Positions 62,596 to 64,000 of a stretch of DNA of 64,000 nt are shown here, piece by piece (position 1 is the first letter of the stretch; every line of letters begins with the position of its first letter). Source of the DNA: Candidatus Marinacidobacterales bacterium (GTDB lineage Bacteria > Acidobacteriota > Vicinamibacteria > Marinacidobacterales > DATDRI01); assembly GCA_965219415.1 (NCBI GenBank), contig CBDCNP010000002.1, positions 3,104,001-3,168,000 on the forward strand. The letters are read 5' to 3'. The notes under the pieces are model-generated. The model was not told where the DNA came from. It made no database searches and saw only the letters and a program-made list of their open reading frames with translations. Position numbers and translations under genes: made by a program.

Positions 62596-63000
62596 TTGCC
62601 ATCGGCCGCCGTTCTCGACACTCATGCCCTAGTTTTCCATGCGGCGGGCGGCGGGCGGCTTGGCAGGCGGGCGGCGGCTCACTTTGAAGCGTGCGAAGTG
62701 CACCAGGCCATCGCATACGTCCCAGCAGCCGTTCTTTGGGAGTTGTCGGGGCTGGTGCGCCGCGGACGCGTTCGGTTCGGTATCTCGGTAAGAGAATTCT
62801 GCAGTAAGCTTTTCAGCAACCCTGCCTACCAAGCTCTCGATCTGACCCCGGAGCAGGTGTTCATCTCGGATGAGATTCGGCCCAACGAAGATCCGTTCGA
62901 CGCCCTGGTTTGCGCCGCCGCCCTGTCACTTGATCTGCCCTTGATCACTCGCGATCGAGACATTGAACGATCTCGCGTGGTCGAGACGTTGTGGGACTAA
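62596..63000 (+). CDS. vapC: PIN-domain (VapC-like) toxin
   Basis: VLDTHAL, LWEL, DPFDALV.AAA and LITRD. Confidence 0.88.
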   Translation: MPSAAVLDTHALVFHAAGGGRLGRRAAAHFEACEVHQAIAYVPAAVLWELSGLVRRGRVRFGISVREFCSKLFSNPAYQALDLTPEQVFISDEIRPNEDPFDALVCAAALSLDLPLITRDRDIERSRVVETLWD

Positions 63001-63005
63001 CGCGC

Positions 63006-64000
63006 TCACTCCGTCGGTACGAGCCGCTTCAGCTTTTCAAACCAGTTGAGCACGACATTAATCTGAAACGGCTCGGCGTCGTCTTCCTCACCCAAATCGA
63101 CCATGAGGAAACGTCGGCCGTCTCGTGAGACGTCGTAGTTCGGTGGACCGACCCGCGTCGAGTCGAAGCGGCCCTTAAAAAGAACGCGCGGCTGGCCGAG
63201 CCTGAGATCGGGTGAGAGCTCGACGACGTCCACGACGAGAAACTCGTCGCCTCGACAGTAGAAGAGCTCGTTGCCGTTCGGGGACCATAGCGGCTCCGTC
63301 CCCCCGCCCGTGGAGACGGAATCCTTCCGGCATGGTCCGAGTGGTACGCGAGCCGTTCTCCGTCCGGCGTCCACGCGGACACGTATTGGGTTCCCTCGAA
63401 CGTGAAACGCATGGAGCTGCGTCGTTCGAGATCGAAGAGCCAAATGTCTCGGTCTTCCGTTTGCCGAGAGGCGGCGATCTGCTTTCCGTTGGGAGAAAGT
63501 CTGGGGTAGAGATAGTCGCCCGTGGTTTCCGTGATAATTTCCATCCGGCCGCTGCGATCGACCCATACGAGTCGTCCAAGATCCCGTCGACCACCGGCAT
63601 GGGGTCGTCGGAAGTCCCCAAACGCGTGAGGTCGAATCGCATGGCGAACAAGGTACTTGCCTGGATGTAGACCAGGTGTCCGGTCGGGAGATAACGAGCA
63701 TTCGAACCGTCGAAGAGGATACGGTGTTGTCCTGTTTCGATTGAGGCTACGGCGACCTTGGGTTGGTCATTCGTCTCGACGGTGAACACGACGTTCTCGC
63801 CATCGGGGAGGACTGGAGGAAGTGTATGACCTTGCTCGCCCGTTTCCGGCGAAGGAACCGTGATCGCCTTCGCGGTGCCATCCTCGGCCGAGAAACGCAA
63901 CAGCCTCGACGATTTTTGGCCTACGACAATCATGCCCCTGGGTCCCCAGCTCGCTCCGGAGGTGAGCGGCACCCCACTCACTTGAAGCGGCACACCCGCC
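63006..64000 (-). pseudogene. C-terminal PD40 propeller of a Ser/Thr kinase (5' partial; frameshifts and internal deletions)
   Basis: LPDG..VVFT, YLPTGHLVY, PRLSPNG, VSTGGGTEPLWSPNG.ELFY, YDVSRDGRRFLMV and NVVLNWFE.LKRL. Confidence 0.8.

Noticed and set aside
1-64000. CRISPR arrays, tRNA (including selC), rRNA and cobalamin riboswitch
   Set aside because: None were recognised by eye. A covariance-model search (Infernal/Rfam, tRNAscan-SE) would be needed to exclude them.

Overview
High-GC bacterial DNA. It is probably from Acidobacteriota or a similar lineage; this is an inference from three ADOP-type duplicated permeases and several Ser/Thr kinase-PD40/TPR genes. The main discovery is a co-oriented locus at 1-7456 that the ORF track hides. 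It carries two in-frame UGA (selenocysteine) genes, each followed by a bacterial SECIS-like hairpin. One is an AhpD/CMD-family CxxU protein split by an IS256 (1902-3336, near-perfect 8-bp TSD). The other is a membrane-anchored iodothyronine-deiodinase-like protein (FGSYT-U-PPF). They sit with a SelD-associated-type flavoprotein, a stand-alone B3/4 tRNA-editing domain, a PaaK-like CoA ligase and two tandem QueG/reductive-dehalogenase-like 2x[4Fe-4S] paralogs. Together these suggest a candidate selenium- plus cobalamin-dependent halo-aromatic processing system. The rest of the window holds an AbiE type IV TA pair, two VapBC-type TA pairs, CoA ligases, peptidases and amidohydrolases, a thioester alpha-2-macroglobulin with a pbpC stub, ppk2, ggt, pyc and transporters. 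Many genes carry frameshifts, and about a dozen abrupt gene-to-gene junctions or internal deletions are visible, so gene integrity and long-range linkage should be checked against reads. All family calls come from motif recognition only; no database searches were run.
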